Translations under genes and position numbers: made by a program
In this document: positions 37,042 to 40,000 of the stretch, one piece after another
How positions within the stretch are numbered: the first letter of the stretch is position 1
How the letters are laid out: every line of letters begins with the position of its first letter
Notes under the pieces: model-generated
The model's input: the letters and a program-made list of their open reading frames with translations, nothing else
Database searches by the model: none
Told to the model about the DNA's origin: nothing
Source of the DNA: Bacillus vallismortis
Lineage (GTDB): Bacteria > Bacillota > Bacilli > Bacillales > Bacillaceae
NCBI RefSeq assembly: GCF_004116955.1
Contig: NZ_CP026362.1
Span: forward strand, 2,163,677 to 2,203,676
DNA: 40,000 nt
Reading direction: 5' to 3'

Positions 37042-37156
37042 GTGCCTCTGGCTTCCTGCTGGATCCTGTCCAGACACTCATTCTAGGGCAAATGAATAAA
37101 GATATTGAGCAAACCAAATTTTCAAGCAGCAAACGCACAAACATTCTAAACATTCA

Positions 37157-37185
37157 ATTGATTAACTTGACCTAATTATATATAA
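37157..37185 (+). promoter_or_regulatory. Sigma-A-type promoter TTGATT-N17-TATAAT upstream of yjnA
   Basis: Read directly. Lies 39 nt upstream of the ATG. Confidence 0.45.
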
Positions 37186-37223
37186 TCTGATAAAAATAGT
37201 CGGGTTTTCAGGAGGCCTTTATC

Positions 37224-37988
37224 ATGAGTGTAACAATCATATTGATGGGTTTGTTTGTCGGAGCCTTAGTGGGATTGACAGGAGTGGGCGGAGCGGCCTT
37301 ATTAACTCCTCTTTTAATTGTGCTTGGCATTAATCCTTCGATCGCTGTCGGTACGGATCTTGTATATAACTCGATCACAAAGCTGTTTGGCGTTGCTTCC
37401 CATTGGCGGCAGAAAACGATTAACTTTACATTAGTCAAATACTTAGCCATCGGCAGTATTCCGAGTGCTTCTTTAGCCATTGGCATATTGCATTTGTTCC
37501 CCGCCTTTCATCAGCATCAGGAAGACATTATAAAGCACGCTCTTGGCTATGTGTTAACGCTAGTTGCCATTTCCATTATCGTTCGTTTGTTTTTGGATAG
37601 AAAACTTCGCCCCAACCGCTGGCAGCTGATGCCGCTTGAAAATAAGCGGACGCTCACGATTCTCATTGGTGTCGTGTTTGGATTTATCGTCGGATTAACA
37701 TCAATCGGTTCCGGATCATTATTTGCCATTGCCATGATTTACTTATTTAACATGAAAGCGTCACAGATTGTCGGAACCGATATCGCGCATGCTTTTCTTC
37801 TCGTGACAGCAGCAGGCATCTTGAACGCAAGCTTCGGAAGCGTCGACTATATGCTGGCAGCTAACCTGCTGCTCGGTTCAATTCCCGGCGTGCTGATCGG
37901 AAGCCATCTCTCGCCTCGCTTCTCCCCGCGTCCGCTGCAATTTATTATGGCGTCCATTATACTGATCAGCGGCTTAAAACTGATTTAA
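37224..37988 (+). CDS. yjnA: TauE/SafE-family anion exporter (multi-TM membrane protein)
   Basis: 254 aa, highly hydrophobic with repeated Gly-rich TM segments. SD AGGAGG. Confidence 0.88.
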   Translation: MSVTIILMGLFVGALVGLTGVGGAALLTPLLIVLGINPSIAVGTDLVYNSITKLFGVASHWRQKTINFTLVKYLAIGSIPSASLAIGILHLFPAFHQHQEDIIKHALGYVLTLVAISIIVRLFLDRKLRPNRWQLMPLENKRTLTILIGVVFGFIVGLTSIGSGSLFAIAMIYLFNMKASQIVGTDIAHAFLLVTAAGILNASFGSVDYMLAANLLLGSIPGVLIGSHLSPRFSPRPLQFIMASIILISGLKLI

Positions 37989-37990
37989 TG

Positions 37991-38017
37991 AAAAAGGCTA
38001 TCCCCTCGCAGGATAGC
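37991..38017 (-). terminator. uxaA terminator
   Basis: Minus strand reads GCTATCC-TGCGAGG-GGATAGC followed by CTTTTTC. Confidence 0.45.
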
Positions 38018-38026
38018 TCTTCTTCA

Positions 38027-39520
38027 TTATAACGTCACACCTGATTTAAAAATGGCAAGTTCTCTGAAATCATTTTTTTCATGGTTCACAAGCTGACCGC
38101 TGGCCACTTCAATCATATAGTGGATAAACTCCCGCAGTACATATTCCTCATGCACATCATCCTCCGCTAAAAGACCCGCGTTGAAATCAATCCAATGCGG
38201 CTTCGTCTCGTACAGCTGGGTGTTTGTCGCGACCTTCACCGTCGGGACAAAGGTGCCAAACGGCGTGCCTCTTCCCGTTGTAAACAAGACAATTTGGCAG
38301 CCGGCCGCCGCCAATGCGGAGGACGCGATTAAGTCATTGCCTGGCGCGCTCAAAAGCGTCAGCCCGTTTGTCTTGAGCACTTCGCCGTATTTCAAGACAT
38401 CCGTGACAGGAGAAATCCCCGCTTTTTGCGTGCAGCCCAGCGATTTATCCTCAAGCGTAGAGATGCCGCCCGCTTTGTTGCCCGGTGAAGGGTTTTCGTA
38501 CACCGGCTGTTCGTGTTTGATAAAATATTGTTTGAAATCATTGATTAAATGGACAATTTTATGAAACACTTCCTCATTGGCAGCCCGCTGCATCAGGATG
38601 GTTTCCGCACCGAACATCTCCGGGACTTCCGTCAGCACCGTGCTTCCTCCCTGTGCGATGATATAGTCTGAAAAACGGCCAAGCAGCGGATTTGCCGTTA
38701 CGCCGGAAAAACCGTCCGACCCTCCGCATTTCAGCCCGATTTTCAGTTCAGACAGCGAAATGTCTTCTCTCCTATCCCCTTTAGCGGCTTCATGAATTTC
38801 CTTCAGCAACGCAACACCTGCCTCCATTTCATTCGTCACCGACTGCGATTCAAGAAACTTCACCCGATTCAGATTCACATCTTGCAGCGCTTCCTTCATT
38901 CCTGCCAGCTCGTTGTTTTCACAGCCAAGCCCTAACACCAAGACGCCGCCGGCATTTGGGTGGCGAATGGCATTTAGAAGGATTTGCTTCGTATTTTCGT
39001 GGTCGTCGCCAAGCTGCGAGCAGCCGTATTGGTGTTTTAACACGAGCACGTTATCGAATGGAGCGATATCCCCCGTTTCTCTGACAAAACGCTGGAGCAT
39101 TTTTTCAGCGATCCCGTTGACGCAGCCGACAGTCGGCACAATCCACAATTCATTCCGTACACCGGCATCTCCGTTTTCTCTTCTAAATCCCTTAAACGTC
39201 CGGTTTTCATTTGAATACGGATTTTCATCAAATCTCGGTGTATAGCTGTATGTTTGGATATCAGACAGGTTTGTTTTCGTATTATGGACATGAATATGCT
39301 CTCCGATCGATATATCTTGTGATGCATGCCCGATTGGAAATCCGTATTTGATGATGCTGTCGTTTTCTTTGATAGGCTGCAGCGCAATCTTGTGGCCTCT
39401 TTTAATATCATCCTTCACTTCAATCGACACGCCGTCCGCATTCAGCTGCTCTCCCTTCCCGATATCCCGCAGAGCAAGAAGGACATTATCTTGTTTATGA
39501 ATCTTGATAAATGACTTCAT
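38027..39520 (-). CDS. uxaA: Altronate dehydratase
   Basis: Track ORF 38027..39547. Start at ATG 39520 (GGGGAG-N7-ATG, ATGA overlap with the uxaB stop), giving 497 aa. SAF N-terminal domain and the UxaA-family core. Confidence 0.92.
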   Translation of the reverse strand: MKSFIKIHKQDNVLLALRDIGKGEQLNADGVSIEVKDDIKRGHKIALQPIKENDSIIKYGFPIGHASQDISIGEHIHVHNTKTNLSDIQTYSYTPRFDENPYSNENRTFKGFRRENGDAGVRNELWIVPTVGCVNGIAEKMLQRFVRETGDIAPFDNVLVLKHQYGCSQLGDDHENTKQILLNAIRHPNAGGVLVLGLGCENNELAGMKEALQDVNLNRVKFLESQSVTNEMEAGVALLKEIHEAAKGDRREDISLSELKIGLKCGGSDGFSGVTANPLLGRFSDYIIAQGGSTVLTEVPEMFGAETILMQRAANEEVFHKIVHLINDFKQYFIKHEQPVYENPSPGNKAGGISTLEDKSLGCTQKAGISPVTDVLKYGEVLKTNGLTLLSAPGNDLIASSALAAAGCQIVLFTTGRGTPFGTFVPTVKVATNTQLYETKPHWIDFNAGLLAEDDVHEEYVLREFIHYMIEVASGQLVNHEKNDFRELAIFKSGVTL

Positions 39521-40000
39521 CGCACTTCTCCCCTTTGTGTGCAGCATTGTTTAAGAGCCCGCTGCATGCCCAGCTTATGAATATGATTCAAGTGATCAGC
39601 GACTCTTTCAGTCAGCCTCGGTATCTCGTTCAGATCTGCCCCCCACAGCCGCTCTTCGCCTAACACCCTTGAGGCAATACGGAGCATGTCTCCATTCTCC
39701 TGATGCCACACCTCTGTGAAAAATTGAAGAACAGCCGGATCATCCTGCAAATACTCGTTTCCCTGATAAAAATACAGAAGAGCGCTGAAAGCAAACACCA
39801 TGCGTTCAGGAAGCTGTCCTTTCTGTTCAACATATTCCTGAATGGTCGGCAAGTTTCTCGTTTTGAATTTGGAAACGGAATTCAATGCGATGCTTTCTAA
39901 ATAGTGCTTCATATACGGGTTTTTGAAGCGATTCAGCACATCATTAGCATATTGAGAAAGCCCTTCCATTTTTAAAACAGGAAGAATGTCGTCACTGATC
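39517..40000 (-). CDS. uxaB: Tagaturonate reductase (altronate oxidoreductase), 3' part; the gene continues beyond the window
   Basis: The frame is open from 39517 to the window edge (hand-checked upstream of the track Met at 39969). C-terminal region of a mannitol-dehydrogenase family protein. Confidence 0.85.
   Translation of the reverse strand, partial: ISDDILPVLKMEGLSQYANDVLNRFKNPYMKHYLESIALNSVSKFKTRNLPTIQEYVEQKGQLPERMVFAFSALLYFYQGNEYLQDDPAVLQFFTEVWHQENGDMLRIASRVLGEERLWGADLNEIPRLTERVADHLNHIHKLGMQRALKQCCTQRGEVR

Overview
The window is a Bacillus subtilis-group chromosomal segment, reverse-complemented relative to the strain 168 map as I remember it. Positions ~141-28745 hold a complete PBSX-type defective prophage, a phage-tail-like bacteriocin. 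Almost all of it is on the minus strand. It comprises the lysis cassette (xlyA, xhlB, xhlA, xepA), tail fibre and baseplate genes (xkdX through xkdP), a very large tape measure (xkdO, 1644 aa), chaperone, tube and sheath (xkdN, xkdM, xkdK), head and connector genes (xkdJ through xkdE), terminase (xtmB, xtmA), the sigma-like late activator xpf, early genes (xtrA, xkdD, xkdC, xkdB), a four-operator divergent control region, the repressor xre and the ImmA-like xkdA. I found no integrase or att repeats. To the right lie ordinary chromosomal genes: yjqC, yjqB, yjqA, xlyB, yjpA, a 1557-bp IS element, phrA-rapA, yjoB, yjoA, yjnA, uxaA and the 3' part of uxaB. I do not see a convincingly new multi-gene system, because the core is the well-known PBSX element. 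The points worth a second look are strain-specific or unannotated details. (1) xkdO carries 15 tandem 81-bp coding repeats and looks expanded. (2) A low-GC cassette forms the distal three quarters of the tail-fibre gene xkdV and ends in a C1q/TNF-like head domain. (3) A canonical A_AAA_AAC -1 frameshift site sits at the end of xkdN. (4) xkdA has an apparent 1-nt frameshift. (5) The IS is inserted exactly in the shared yjpA/phrA terminator with an 18-bp duplication, and it carries inward-facing terminators. (6) There are several sub-60-codon, translationally coupled ORFs in the early operon. (7) A strong intrinsic terminator lies immediately upstream of xpf. All gene names rest on synteny, protein size and motif recognition from memory. 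No database search was possible.
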